DNA of 64,000 nucleotides from the human T2T-CHM13v2.0 reference genome, Homo sapiens, in the NCBI RefSeq assembly GCF_009914755.1, contig NC_060936.1. The stretch is one strand, 5' to 3'. Position numbers and translations under genes: made by a program. Below the pieces are notes generated by a model. The model made no database searches and had not been told where the DNA came from. It saw only the letters and a list, made by a program, of their open reading frames with translations. This document shows positions 1-15,586 of this stretch, in pieces (the first letter of the stretch is position 1; each line of letters starts with the position of its first letter).

Positions 1-1709
1 ATCACCAATTCAGCAATACAATGATATAGTTCTCATCTCAATTATAATGTGATATTTAGTCACCTCTAATACCGAGCTGCACTTGGAAAATTATTTTTTA
101 GACATGTGACAACATTAATGACAAGTTTCCAACTACACTGTATTATTAAATAATCAGGAAGTAACATCTTCACTTAATCAAATGGTTCTGATACACTCTC
201 AGTATTGGAAACACTGAAATTTTACGTTTTACTCAAGCAATTACAGTGAGCAGTGAGAATAGTAACTTGTTCTTCCAGTGTAAAATAATTTCATTAGATT
301 CACCTGACTACATAGCAATACTAAAAATTAATGGCAAAATAGGAATGGTTGTAAAGTTATATGAGTGGCCTAACCAGTATCTGCAACTAGTGGTTTCCTA
401 TGCCTCACTTACATTCTATACCTCTCTCTATCCCTTATTTATTTTCCAATAGTTTAGCAAATTATCAGAGGTCCTTTGCTAAGGACACACTGCCCAAGTA
501 ATTGCTACGAATTGGGCCTCAATTTTGCCATTTTTGTAGGAATCATTCTATCATTAACTAGAAAAATGGATCTTAATATGTCCACAATAATGTAAATATC
601 ACATACATGTACTAGACCTTGAGATTTATGAGGTCAGGAATTCTTTCTTGTGTGCAGTATTATCTTTTCCATTTCAAAAAGTATCTGAAAGTGTAGGCGT
701 GTTCAATAAATGTCTGCTGAATGAACAACCAAATAGATGAGAGTATATCCTTTCTAAAAAAAGATCAGGAATTTTTGTACAACTTTTCCCATCAATTCCA
801 ATATTTCACAAGCATCTCTTTCAGAAAATTATTATCTGACAGAAATCCCCAAGCTAGTGTAAGCTCATTTGTTTTTGTTTTACCTTCCAGGTATACTGAA
901 ATAGCTCTTTCACATATCTAACGGTCACTACTAAGTCAATATCAATTTTTTTAGGCCATTTAGAGCTAATCTGTTTAGCCCTTCTTAATGCTTAAGTCGT
1001 CTTTGTTTTCTCCTCCCCAACCATTTGGCTACAGCATTATCCTACGGGTATAGTTAAATTCTTACTTAGGAGCTACTTTCTGATATCCAAATTGTATATT
1101 CTTAATTACATTTTTTTGTTGTTGTTGTTGCATATGCTGTCAAAACCAACTTTTTAAAAGCTTGGCAAATGTGATAGCTGCCCGCTGCTGAGCTTTTAAT
1201 CTTCTGTGACTCAGGGCTGCTGCTTCTGTCCTCATTCATAGCCCAATATTCAAATACTGTTTATTTACTTTTTCCCCTGTATGTGCACTGCCATATACTA
1301 CTTTTATTATTGACTATGCTTCTTCAATTTACTTAAGTCATTGTTAATTCTAATTAATCTCTGGAGTTCTGATCACCTCTTCTCATCTATTTTTATGCTT
1401 TTATTGTCAGATTAAACTTAATTAGTGCATTCTCTATCATGTCATTCCAGTTGTAAGTCTTTTTCCTATCTCCCAAAAATACATGCCATATACATCACCT
1501 CATCTGCTGTTTGAGCTTTGTCATGATACGAAGATGAGGAAAATGTAGAAAAATAAAAATACATTGTTAAGGAAAGATACAAGGAGAAAGAAACATGAGA
1601 GAAGAGAATAAGGAATGAAGGATTTGGAAGTATGTCCTAGAGTCCGGTGAATAAATAAATTCTCACAGTGAGAGATATGTTTAATTCAGAAAAAATACAT
1701 TTAAGACGC

Positions 1710-3060
1710 ATTGCTGGCACTGAGGCTACCTGGAGGAAATGCTTTTTCAGATTCGCATATATACATCCAATTTCTTGTTGATATTGTTTATTTCACAATG
1801 ACTTTACATTCAACATGAATAAAACTGAGCCCTTTTCCATATGGAATCTGCTTCTAATGCATATAATCACTACCTCAAGTTGGGTCAGTCACTTCATCAA
1901 TAGAGTAATTTCACTAATTCCTATTCAACATTCAGTTCAGGCCTCACTTTCTCCAGCAAGCGGTCCCTGAGTCCTTATTCATGCCCCTTGTCTCTTCCCA
2001 ATTGGGAGGGGGAAGTATATTGGCATTATTTCATTCATCACATTAAATTATAATTAAAAGATCTGGTTACAAGACATGTCATATCACAGAATATAGAATA
2101 AACTCATCTTTGGCTATATGCCAGAAACGGCCATAAGTGGCAGTGAAATTCTATTCCTTCACCTTTCCATGTAACACATAGAAAGACATATTCATTTATT
2201 CACACAATAGTACAACCAATGATTTATTTTGTGGACTCTTACACGCCAGACATTGTTAGACACACATTACAAAGACATGGTCTAATCAATTAACAAGTTG
2301 ATAAATATTTATTGAATAAATCCTCTACTCTTCATGCCTACTTATTTCCAATGTTGTAAATGGAAATGAGTATCCTCTTTATCTTTTCCTCTCACTATTC
2401 ATAAAATTTATAACTGTTTTTCACTCAGCCACCAGGTGTATCTAAAATGCAAATCTATCTTAAAACTTCTCAGCAACATCCTATCCAGAGTATGTAGCAC
2501 TGATTTCTCAACCTGTCGAATGGCCTTGACCTAACTCCCTCTGACCTTATCTCCTGGCCTGGCCACTTTTGTGCCTTTCTAACAACTGAAGATTCACATT
2601 TCCTTACACACACCAGCTTGACAGGATCTCAATGGCTTTCTCATTTTAGTCACTGTACCTGCAATTTACCTTTTCCCACTTAATTAGCTCACTCCACTTA
2701 TCTTTTAACATTCAGCTCTGGTTGACTTGTTCCAGTAAGCCTTCCTTAGCTCCTGAATCCTGATTCTTGTCTTCCTCCCTGACTTTCCAGACTGGGAAGG
2801 GAGCACACCTTCACCCTGAATGATAATTACTCATTTTCTCAGTCTTCAAGCTGGACTATCTTGAGGGCAGAGCTCTCACAAGAGAGAGTTGGTGAAAGGT
2901 TTTAAGCATGGTAGAGGCTCTTCCTTCTAGAAAGACCAAAATTGGAAGCAGTGAGAAGGGAAATTTAGAGTGGCAGCCAGGCCAAAGGCAAGGAGGCCAG
3001 ATAGAAGGGTACTGAAATGACTATGTGAGGGAGAATATGGGTGTGAAACAAGGCAGCAGC
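1710..3060. mobile_element. Cluster of decayed L2 LINE fragments (both orientations)
   Basis: L2-like motifs: catttacattcaacatgaataaaactgagc, ttcatttattcac, aaatatttattgaataaa, ttctccagcaagc. Confidence 0.55.
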
Positions 3061-3980
3061 AATGAGTACCACAAGATTCCTAAATTATTTCTTACGTCAC
3101 ACTATTATTTTCTGTCTTCTTTAGATTATCACAATTCTAGCCTTTAAATTGATATGCAGAATATATGTATTTTTCTTGAAACCTCAACTAGCTTTAGTTA
3201 AGACTATGTTAATTCACAGAATAAATTAGAAGTTATTCTCTCTTTTCCTACTATCTGGAAGAGTATGTGATCAGAACAATCTATTCTTCAAATATCTAGT
3301 ACAACTGATCTTTAGAAACTAAAATTTCCTGGACCTAGTGTTTCTTTGTGGGAAGATTTTAAACCACTAAGTCAATTTATTTAATGATTATAAGACTATT
3401 AAGTCTTCCACTTTTCTAATTGAACAGTTTCTATGAATTTAATTTTTTCCTAATAATTTGTCTACTTATTTTTTTAAATTAGTAGCAAAAGGTATTTTCA
3501 GTTCTATCATATTTTAAATGTTTGCTATAGCTGAATTTATGTCTTCTTTTTTATTCTTTGTATTATGTGTGTCTTTATTAGTGGCAAATCTCACAAAAGA
3601 TCTGTCTATTTTAAATGAGTCTTTTCAAATTAAAAAATATCCTTTGGCTCCAATAAGCTTGTGTACTATATATTTGCCTCTTAGTTCATTAATTCCTCTA
3701 GTGCTTATTATACCTTCTTCCTAGTTTTTTGTTGTTGTTGTCGTTCACCTCATCTATTATTATTTCCTTAATTTCTTGAGTGGACAGTGACTCATTAATT
3801 TTCTTTATTTACTGAGATATAAGAATTTGATATTAATAGAAAGTACTATTTCAGCAATATACCAAAATTTTTCACATTAGTTCTTAATAAGAAGTTCTAA
3901 GAACTCTTAAACTTCCTTTTATAAATTTCCTGCCTCCTAAAATTCTTGCTTTGTCTACTGATTATTTAAAAATGATTTAT

Positions 3981-4316
<336 letters not shown>

Positions 4317-4942
4317 CTACTAATTACATTATTTGCAGTAAGCACTGTATAGTACCACATTCTACAACAGTTCCTGAGACATGGTTTATGACTTAAAATA
4401 TAACCAGTATTTTAAAATTATATTCTGTATGTGTGTGTGAAAAGAATATTTCGTTTCTAAATACTTATCTTCTAAATACTCAGTGCAGAGTTAGGTAGAG
4501 CTTTTCACAATTCTTTTCAAATATTCGGTATTTTTAATAACCTTCTACCTACTTGACCTTACAATTGAGAGGGGCACGGTAAATTTTTCCACAACAGTGG
4601 CTGTTTCACAATTTCTCGCTGTGGTTATGTCACTATCTCTCTGAGGTTCTCTCAAGCTGACATATAATCTGAGGATATTTTATTGTATTCTTGTTTAGAA
4701 CAGTAATATCTTCCTGGGAAATTAAATAGTTTAGCATTACGTAGAAGCCCTATTTATCCCTAGTAATGCATTTTGGCTTAAAGTCTATTTTTTCCAAATA
4801 TCAATATAACTCCTTAGCTTTGTTTAGATTGGTATTTGACTATTATGTCTTTTTGTCATTCTTTGATCTTCAAGCTTTCTATTTCCTTGTGCTTCCTTGT
4901 ATTTTATATTTCCCTCAACAATAGCATACAGTTGTATTTTTA

Positions 4943-5261
<319 letters not shown>

Positions 5262-6670
5262 TTATTTTTAATTAAATTTGATAAAACTGTTTCAAGCTAT
5301 AAATAGTTACATCAAGTACTTACATATTTTGAACTTGTTTCTACCCACTTACTTTGTGTTATTCATTTTCCCAGATATTTAAAATGCTTTTTTCTTACTC
5401 TGTCTTGATATTTATTAACATTATTATGAAGTTTTGGAGTTGCTGTGTTTTGTTTTCTCTCCTGCCAGTGCTTTAGAGGTTTTGTTTTAGCAGTTAACCT
5501 TGATGATTTAACATAAAGTTAGCTTAAAAAATCTGAATAGCTTGTATTACTCTCAACCAAATACAAGGACATGTTACTTCTGTTCTAATCATTTATTCTT
5601 GCCTCATATAGTTTTTATTCTCTTTTATTTTCAATCATAAAATTATAAACTATGCTTATTTTTCACAGAGACTTAGAATTATTAAAACGTTTTTAATTTC
5701 TTTGCTTTCCATTCAAACTTCAACCTCTACTTTCCCTTTCCTTCTTCTGAAGTATATCTTTTAGACAATTATTTAAGTAAAGATATCCGTAAAGTTGTTA
5801 TTTTGGCAGTAAGCTAGTTATTTTAGCCTTTACAAAAACATACTGCTTTGCTCTGAAAGATAAATTCACTGAGGTATGCAATTTTAGGCTAATAGTTACT
5901 TTTTCTTATTTTACAGACTTTTGCTCCCATGATTATGTTTGAGACGTCTATTTTTAGTCTACTTGTGAGATTTTATAAATGATTTGCCTTTTCATGACTG
6001 TTTTTAAGATCATGTCCTTTGGTATTCTGCATCTTTAAACAACCTGTCTATGAATGAATTTCTTTTTATGTATACTCCTTGATAATACTTTCCTTCACAT
6101 ATCTAGACTCATGTCTTTTATCAATTATGGAACAGTCTCAGCTACTTCCCTTTAAATATTAACTCATTTATTGTCTCTATTCTTGCATTCTAGGGCTCCA
6201 ATTATATATATGTTAGAACTTGTCTATCTTCTGCCTCTTTTAACCTCATTTTCATATTTCTCATCTGTGTCTCTCTGCAACCTAGTGAATTTCTTCACAT
6301 TTCTCATCTAGTTGATGAATTCTCTCTTTACCTGTGTCTAATCAGGGGCTTAACCCATTAATCAAAATAAAATTTTTTGGAGTCAGCTTTACAGAGGTAT
6401 AATTTACATACAATAAATACAATAATGTAATTTATGTGAAAAATGCAGAAAACCACCAACAACACAATCACAACATAGAATAATTCTATCACCACAAACA
6501 CCCTGTACTCATTTTGAAGTAATTCCCTTCTACTTATTCCACAACAACAATGAATAAGCTTTTTATCACTATAGTTTTGCATTTTATAAAGGCAAATGGA
6601 AAAATATCGTATATGATATTTTTTCTCTGGCTTATTTCACTTTGTATAATGCTTTTGAGATGCACTCATA

Positions 6671-6967
6671 CCAGGCACAGTGGCTCATGCCTGTAATCCC
6701 AGCACTTTGGGAGGCCAAGGCAGAAAGATCACCTGAGCTCAGGAGTTTCAAACCAGGCTGGGCAACATGGTGAAACCCTATCTCTACAAAAAATTTTAAA
6801 AATTAGCTGGGCATGGTGGTGCATACCTGTAGTCCTAGCTACTTGCAAGGCTGAGGTGGGAGAATCACCAGAGCCTGGGAAGTCGGGGCTGCAGTGAGCC
6901 GTGACTGTGTCACTCTACTCCAGCTTGGGTGACAAGGCAAACCTTGTCTCAAAAAAAAAAAAAAAAA
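6671..6967 (+). mobile_element. Alu (AluJ-type)
   Basis: gagctcaggagttt...ctgggcaacatgg; gagcctgggaagtcggggctgcagtgagc (J-like); poly(A). Confidence 0.92.
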
Positions 6968-7493
6968 TCAATTGAACATACATTTGTGTGTGTATATTTC
7001 TGAACTCTGTTCTGTTCCACTGATCTGTACATTTGTCATTATGCCAAAACCACACTGTACTGATTAGCATAGCTTGAAATAAGCCAAAATCAGAAAGTGT
7101 AAATTCTCCAACTTGCTCATCATTTTCAAAAATGCTTTGAAATTCCATAAAAATTTTGGAATTGGCTTGTCAATTACAAAGTACAATGATGAATAAAAAT
7201 TTTAAGAGTATGAGCAACCTTATGAGGAATATGTTCAATTCAACATTAAACAGGAGGATAGTTCTAAGTTCTGTGTAGAAATTCTTTATTGAGAAAAGTT
7301 TCTAATCCTAGTTTGCTGAGATGATTTTATCTTAAATAAGTATTGAGTTTTGTCAAATGCTTTTTCTGCTTCTATTAGGATAATGATTCTATTGATAATG
7401 AATTTGTAGTAGAAAATTATTTTATTAATCTAGTCAATTAGCTATACTTACTTTTGGATGATACAGCAACCATGCATACACAATAAAAATATG

Positions 7494-7857
<364 letters not shown>

Positions 7858-9377
7858 TTATCCTTCTTATATATTGCTGGACTTAGTTTGCTAACATTGT
7901 AAAAAATTTTGCACCTATCTTTGTGAAGAATACTGGCCTATAAATTTATTTCCTTGACATACCTTCATGTGGTTTTGGGAAGTATTCATTAGTATTCATT
8001 CTTCTTCTACATTCTGAAAGTTTGTATAAAATTGGCATTTTTTTTTCTTAAATATTTTTACAATTCACCAATGAAACCATCTGGGCCTGGAATCTTATTG
8101 TGGGATGATTTTTAACTGAAAATTGTATTTCTTTAGTAGTGTAGAGGTATTCAGGGCATGCATTTCTCCTTGAGCGAGCTTTGGTAGTCTGCCTTTCAGA
8201 GGGTTATCTGTTATATATAAGTTGCCAAATTTATGGGTATAAAGTTTCTCATAACAGCCCCTGGTTTTATGGTCTGTAAAATCTTCAGTGATGTCCTTTT
8301 TCTCATTTCTACAATTTCAGATTTGTGTCTACTCTGTTTTATTTCCTGAATTGTCTAGCTAGAGGTTTATCGATTTTATTAATACCAGAGAATAAACTTT
8401 TCAATACACTTTTTTCTCTTATTTTACATTTCTATTTTTACTACTCTTAATTTTTACCTTTGGGTTTAACCTTCTATGCTGCTCTCTTTCTAGTTTTTCA
8501 AGGGGAAAGCTTAGGTAATTAATTTTAAACCTTTCCACTTTTCCAATATATATACTTAATGCTATACATTCCCTTCTAAATACTGCTTTAGTTCCGTATC
8601 ACAAATTTGGAATATGTTACGTTGTCAATTTTCATTCAGTTCAAAATATTTTCTCATTTTCCTTATGGCTTCTTCTTTGACCCATGAGTTATTTTAGAGG
8701 TATTTTATTTAGTTTCCAAATAAACTGAAATTTTCCAGATATTGTTTGCTTACTAATTTTTAATTTAATTCCATTTTGATCACAAAACATGGTTTAAATT
8801 ATTTCAGTCCTTTAAAATGTATTAAGACCTTTAATGGCCCAGAGTGTAATCTGCTTGCTAAATATTCTGTGTGCACTTTAAAAGAATTATTCTTCTGTTG
8901 TTGGGTTCTATAAATGTAAATAAGGTCAGAGTAATGAATAGTGTCATTCAATTCTTAGTAATTTTCTAACTTCTTGTTCAATCAATAATTGAAAGAGGAT
9001 TATTGAAATATCCAACTGTAATTGTAGACTTCTCATGTTAATTTTATTAATTTTTATTTTCTGTAATTTGAAGCTCTACTATTAGTTACATATGCATTCA
9101 GCATTTTTAAGGTCTCTTGATGAACTGCCCAAGTTAAAATTGTAAAATGACTCTTGGTATCCTTGATAATATTCCTAGCTCTGAAATCTATTTGACACTT
9201 TTATAGCTATTCCAGTTTTCTTTTGATTAGTGTTAACTTGGTATATCTTTTTGCATTAACCTGTTTCTTTATACTGAAAGTGGTTTCCTGCAGACAACAT
9301 ACAGGTGTGTCTTCCTTCTTTTTTGTTAACTTGACAATCTCTGATTTTAATTAGTTTGTTTAGATAATTTACATTTA

Positions 9378-9697
<320 letters not shown>

Positions 9698-11724
9698 TAA
9701 TAAAATTAATGACACAATCAGGAATCAATCTACAATCTTGCTATTTGTTTTCTATTTATCTCTTTTGTTATTTGTTCTCTTTTAATCTCTTCACTCCTTT
9801 TTTGTATTAAGTATTTTATAGTAACATTTTATTTCCATTATTGACTTCTTAGGTATTTATTTTTGTTTTATTTTATTGGATACTCCATGATTTACAGTAC
9901 AACTGTTAAACTTATCACAGTCTACTGCAAATGATGTTATAACTTTTCATGTAGAGTCTAAGAAGAACCTTACAACAATTTACTTTCTCTGTATAGATGG
10001 TTTTTTTAATCTCTGGCAGCTTTTAAGCTTTCTGTTCATTGCTTCTTTTCACAATCTGACCATGTTTCTTCTGTTTAGGGTTCTTTGAGGTTCTTAGATA
10101 TATGAATTTATAGTTAATGAAATATTTTGAAAATTCTGGGACACAATTTCCTTAATGAATTTTGTCTGTCTCCTTCTTCCTTCACCCCACTTCACTGACA
10201 TTCTGGTTTCATTGGTCTTTTTTCTGTTTTTATTTCTGAATAGTTTTAATTGCTATATCTTCAAATGCACATCTTATCTTTTGCAATTTCTGATCCCATC
10301 CAGTATTTTCAGATCTCTGATATTGTACATTTTACCTCTGAAAGCTCAATCTAGGACACTGTTATAGCTTCCAATCATCTCCTTATCATGCTCTTGAACA
10401 TAGTGAATATATTTTTAATAGCTGTTTCAACATCTTTGTCTACTTATTCTAACATCTATGCCACTTTTGATTATTTTTTCTTCTGATTGTGTGATTTCTT
10501 GCTTCTTTCTATGCATGCTATTTTTTGATCGAGTGATAAAACATTTTGAATTTCATCTTACTTTTTGTAATCTATTTGGGGGGTTGTTCTGGGGTTCACT
10601 GAATTTATCTGGAAACAATTTCATCCTTTCAAGTCTTACTTTATACCTGTTTTTAAGGTCTGGTCTGGAATAGCTATTAGACTAAAATTAACTTGGTTCC
10701 ACAACTGAAGCAATACTCTTCTTGAAGATACAACCCTACCCTCTACATGTTACGAGTTCCTCCATTCTGCCTTGTGAAAACAGAAAGTATTTCTAGCACA
10801 GGTGAGAACTGAGGATTATTGTTCCTGTTAGCTCTTTTCCAAAGGTTCCTTACCTGGCTTTGGTAGTTTACATACATATGCACTGATTAGTATTCAGAAA
10901 AGACCTGATGAACACAATCTGCAGATTTCTAGTGAAAAAGAGTTAGTTTTTCTCTCTGTCTGTCTGTCTCTCCCTCTGAAAAGCTATTCTTTCCAGTGCT
11001 GCAAATATATTTACCTGCCTTGGCATCCCTGAACCTTGATGTTTGTTTCTTTAACTCAGAGAGACTGCCAAGTTCTGCCTGAGTTCTTTGTCTCACCAGA
11101 TAGTGAGCTGTGGACAGTCACTGTGGGCTCTCCTCATTTGTCCAATGTTTGAACACCTTTGTCTCATATATTTTCTCTGGCTTTCTAGTTGTTTATGAGG
11201 CATGGTTAATCTGGTTCCTATATCTCTAACCTAGTTGGAAGAAGAAGACAGAAAACATCCATTGACTGAATTTGTGATTGCAGCTACTATAGTTTTTCTT
11301 TCCATTTAGTTATCTTTCAAATATTTGTTTATTTTTGAAAGTTTTTTATGTTTATTTTTTGTGTGGTTTCATTGTTTCCTTAGCATTCTATGCATATTTA
11401 TTTTATATTGTCTATATGATACTTCTAATAGTTGAAGATCTTAGAGTGGTAGTGCTAAATACTTCAGTATTTATGTGTACTCTTATTTTTTATGCACTGC
11501 TCCTTTGTGTGTTTTGCAATTTTTAATTTTGAGTATATGTTTCCTTAAGTGGAAGTCTTGGGAAATGAAATTAGAGATACTTTCTTTCAGAGAGGGTTGG
11601 TTTGGATGCTACCAGGTTTTCAGGAGCTCTACTGAACTTGAACACCTATTGTGATAGAGTTTACTTTTAAAATAAGGGGAAGCAGTGTAGCCTAGTGGTT
11701 AAGAGAGTTTACTTTTAAAATAGT

Positions 11725-12010
11725 TGATGCCCTACTTTACAGGGTCCCTCTAGAAGGATTTTTCTTCCCACACTACTGATGCCAGACTTGGCCATGTGAC
11801 TTGCTCTGTTTTATAAAAAAACATGGGAAGAAATGATGGGTGCAATTTCTGAGAAAAAATTTTAAGAGTCATTGCATATTTCCGCTATACCTGTTCTCTC
11901 TCTGCTGTCAAATTATCATGTCCCAGACCAGAACTGCTCTGTAAGCCTTGATCTTGGATTGAAAAGAATGTAGAGCAAAGCTGCTGCTGACACACAACAA
12001 ATTTAATACG
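11725..12010 (+). mobile_element. MLT1-type (MaLR) LTR fragment, probably MLT1I/J-like
   Basis: cttggccatgtgacttgctctg...aaatgatgggtgcaatttctgag...tttaagagtca. Confidence 0.6.
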
Positions 12011-12729
12011 AGTGGAATTTATATCTCTAACTTTTTTTTTTCTTCTGTTTTTTAACTTAGTCTAAGCTTAATGAGACAGTCTCAGGTTAAGCTCCACCAT
12101 CTTTTGGATTATCCAAAGCTTATTCTCTGATCCTAATGTTGCTGTAAGAATTTGACTGCAGGGTAGCCCAGCTTTTGTGTTAGCTTACAGTGTCGTAGTC
12201 TGTGTTCTAGACCCATCTTAAACTTCTCATTTTTCTCTCTTGAGACTTTTCATTTAATTCTCGTAAGAGCAGAAATATATTATAAAGCACTTTTAACCAA
12301 AAACTAGTTGATTCAACAAGCTCAAAGTGCCTTTGAGCACTTGTTCCTTCACAATGCCACAAGTAAAGGCCTCACAATTTGGGGTATGGGAAGCAAAAGC
12401 TGACCATACTCTCCTGGTCGTGACTCTCAAAAACTCTTTCCCTTGAATGGTGGCCACTACAATTTTAAATGTCAAAGTATGGCAGAGAGGGTAGGAATAA
12501 TGAAAACTTTCCCTTTATAAAGTAGAGAATGGGTTAATAGTTTTCATAAATATGTAGAGAAGAATTAAGGTGACAGAAATTATTCAAGCCAAATAAAAAA
12601 GTATGAAACTAGATTACTCAGAAGACAGAGAACAGCCCAAATGAGTTCTTCCTTAGTGTACTGTATTTTGGTGTCATTAAATATTTTTATTATATTGATA
12701 GCTAATAAAAGTTCTAAAAGCCTCAAATA

Positions 12730-12820
12730 GAAATATATGTATGTGTATATATATACACATATACATATATACATGTATAAATATATATGTGTGTATATAT
12801 ATACACACACACACATATAT
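12730..12820. repeat. Compound (TA)/(TG)/(CA) microsatellite
   Basis: Directly visible. Confidence 0.9.
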
Positions 12821-14585
12821 CTCAGTCTTAATTTCATATGGAGTATTTAAAAGCTTACAAATTAAAATTTACTATTGTCTTTGTACTGTTTTCACTTGTT
12901 TTAATCTGTAATTTCATCCTGAACCAATAGATTTTTGAATTACCTCAGGAAATTTGAGTTGGCTTATTTCGACTTCTTAGTTATAACCCTTAATTACTGC
13001 AATTATTAATTTTATTTTATTTTGGTTTAACTTTCCAACCACTCTGAAGAAAACTGTGCTAGTGCTCAGTGTGTGCCAATATCTATGGCACAGCAACCAC
13101 ATTTTGTTATCTCCAACAGAACTAGTTTATCAAGAAATCATACACAAGCTTTTCTTAAGAGAAATTGGAATTCTGAGGTTTCTTGAAATTTTTTTTTTAA
13201 TAAAAAGGATCCTTTTCTTAAGTTGCAGCTAGATTTTGTTATTTTTAGAAATTGTTTATCCCTCTCTGCAAAATCCTTTTCTCTCTTCACCATAAACATA
13301 ATAATGGATAACTCACATATCAAAAACTTTAACACATGAATCTTTATAAACATATCATTAAGGTCAAAGACAGTCTTTATTTCCCAACTTGAGTAAGTAT
13401 TTAGAACTATAATTAATTATGAATTCCCTCAACATTTGCTATCTGTTTCTCATCAGAGAGTCATATTATTGTATAGTTACTTAAAATGTAAACAGGATCG
13501 TTACTAGAGGTGATTTTTCAGTGGTAACATTTTTTGGTCCCCCAGCAAGAATAGATTTGTAGTGACATAAGACCCCTCCCTCAACATCCTGGTAGTTTGT
13601 GCCAGATCCCACCAAACATTGTCACGGATCAAGGGGAGCTCCTGGTAGGTAGAAACCAAAAGATTTTTACATTCTCCTCCATTTCTCTTCTATTTCTCTT
13701 TGTTATCACATACCCTTTCTTTACCTCCAAAGATATACCAAATTATGCCAATCCTTAAAAACACTAGAAGTTGTTATTTGGCATTCCATAGGCTAAAATG
13801 AACACTACCCATGAGTATTCTAGTAGCAAAATGTCGATGCTAGGGCTAAAATATGAAGAAAGATTTACCTCATAGAATACAGAGCTGAAAGTCTAACTCA
13901 AGTCTCTTATTTTGCCTGTGGTTGAAACAGATTCATATCTCTTATACGCTGTTTTAAGCGTAATAATATATGTCTCTAACCATTTTTTATTAAATACCTA
14001 TATGTCTCAAGATTCCCATGTTTAATATCTACACTGCAATATTAAATAATTTAAAGGACTAATTACAACTAAGGTGAAGATGAGAAGGTTGACTCTTGCA
14101 GAAGTCATCTGTTTAAGATAAAAACTAATTTTAAACAGTTTATGCCTAAGTATATATTCATTTCTAGGTCTCCAAATTTCCCCCAAAATTATCAGCTAAA
14201 AGGTCAAATCCATTTTGATTCATACTCATCAAAGTTGGGTATTTAACTGAGTGGTAGTAGTTACTAATTATATTTGGACGTGAACCAAATGAAGCTATTT
14301 GTTCATTAAAACTAGAGAAACCATATTTTACTTTGACTGAAAACAACACTTAAATATTAACTCCTGCTGATATCAATGGGAATCCTGAATAGAGTTCAAG
14401 CACAGTCTCTGGCCCTGGCATTGATTCTGTTTCTTGAAATGATAAGAAAAAGAAAAAACTTTAGAAAGGATGTTACACAAACAGTAAAATTCCAGATTCT
14501 GTATCACTTTGGTATGAATAAATTAAATACCACCAGTGAGCTAATCTTATGCTGAAGAGAAATGAACCAAAAAGAGAAACAGAGA

Positions 14586-14607
14586 GTGTGTGTGTGTGTG
14601 TGTGTGC
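14586..14607. repeat. (TG)n microsatellite
   Basis: About 11 units. Confidence 0.9.
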
Positions 14608-15561
14608 ACGTACACATGCATGTATATATGTGTATAGAATAATCAAATAGATAAAGTGGCCATATAGTTTAGATGGAAAAGGATTCACTCATCTTTTCTT
14701 ATCTAACAGAAAAGGCCACAATGAGTGCAAGCTTATAGAATTTCTCACAGAAACCAAAACCTTCTTATTATAATCTGCAATTGTCCATGGGTAACTGCAC
14801 ATTCATTTGAATTCCTGAAAGACTGAATCTTGTAAAGAGAACAAGATGGGCCCATATTAAAACTTTTAATGACTTTAGTAAAAAAAGGTGGAACTTTGCA
14901 GCCAGCTGGCTCCATACCGAAAGCCAGGCTGCACAGCTTGAACTTAAAGCTATCTTAACATAATGAATAAGTGCCAATAATTAGCATATGTAGTGTGAAC
15001 AGGTTTGCTGGCACAAGCAAGTGAAAAACTCCAAGGTAAAGTTATTATTAGGGAGTAATTAGCTCTGTGAAGTAAATGAGTGAAACAATAGCTGCCAGCA
15101 CTGACAATATGGCTAACATCTGACTATGTGGAAGATAACATTGTAAAGTATTGCTCCCTGAGCTAGAATCTGTTAATAACCATATGTTAGTGTAATTAAT
15201 GCAGAGTCTTTCTGACCTGTTGTCACATAAGAACAATACTTTCTTGGAAACATTCAAACAGGCAGGCCCACACTCTGGGTAAGAAATAATTGTGAAAGTT
15301 GCTTACAAACAACTCTTACATCTTTTTTTAAAGGAAAAAAATCAGCGAGTGAAAAAGCTGAAGGACAGAGAATGAAATAAGGTAAAATTGTTTCCCATCT
15401 GACATCCCAGACACTAAGAAGTCAACTGCAGTGGAATGGATCCTTCAAGGTGACTGAAATTCAGTACATATTTGGACAGAATAAATTAGGGATAGACAAA
15501 ATATTTCTTGTATGAAATTTTCAAGCTACATATCAAAAGCTTCCTCTTCATTTCTCAGGGG

Positions 15562-15586
15562 ACACACACACACACACACACACACA
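15562..15586. repeat. (CA)n microsatellite
   Basis: About 12 units. Confidence 0.9.

Noticed and set aside
11675-11703. tRNA gene
   Set aside because: Only an A-box-like stretch; no B-box or cloverleaf.
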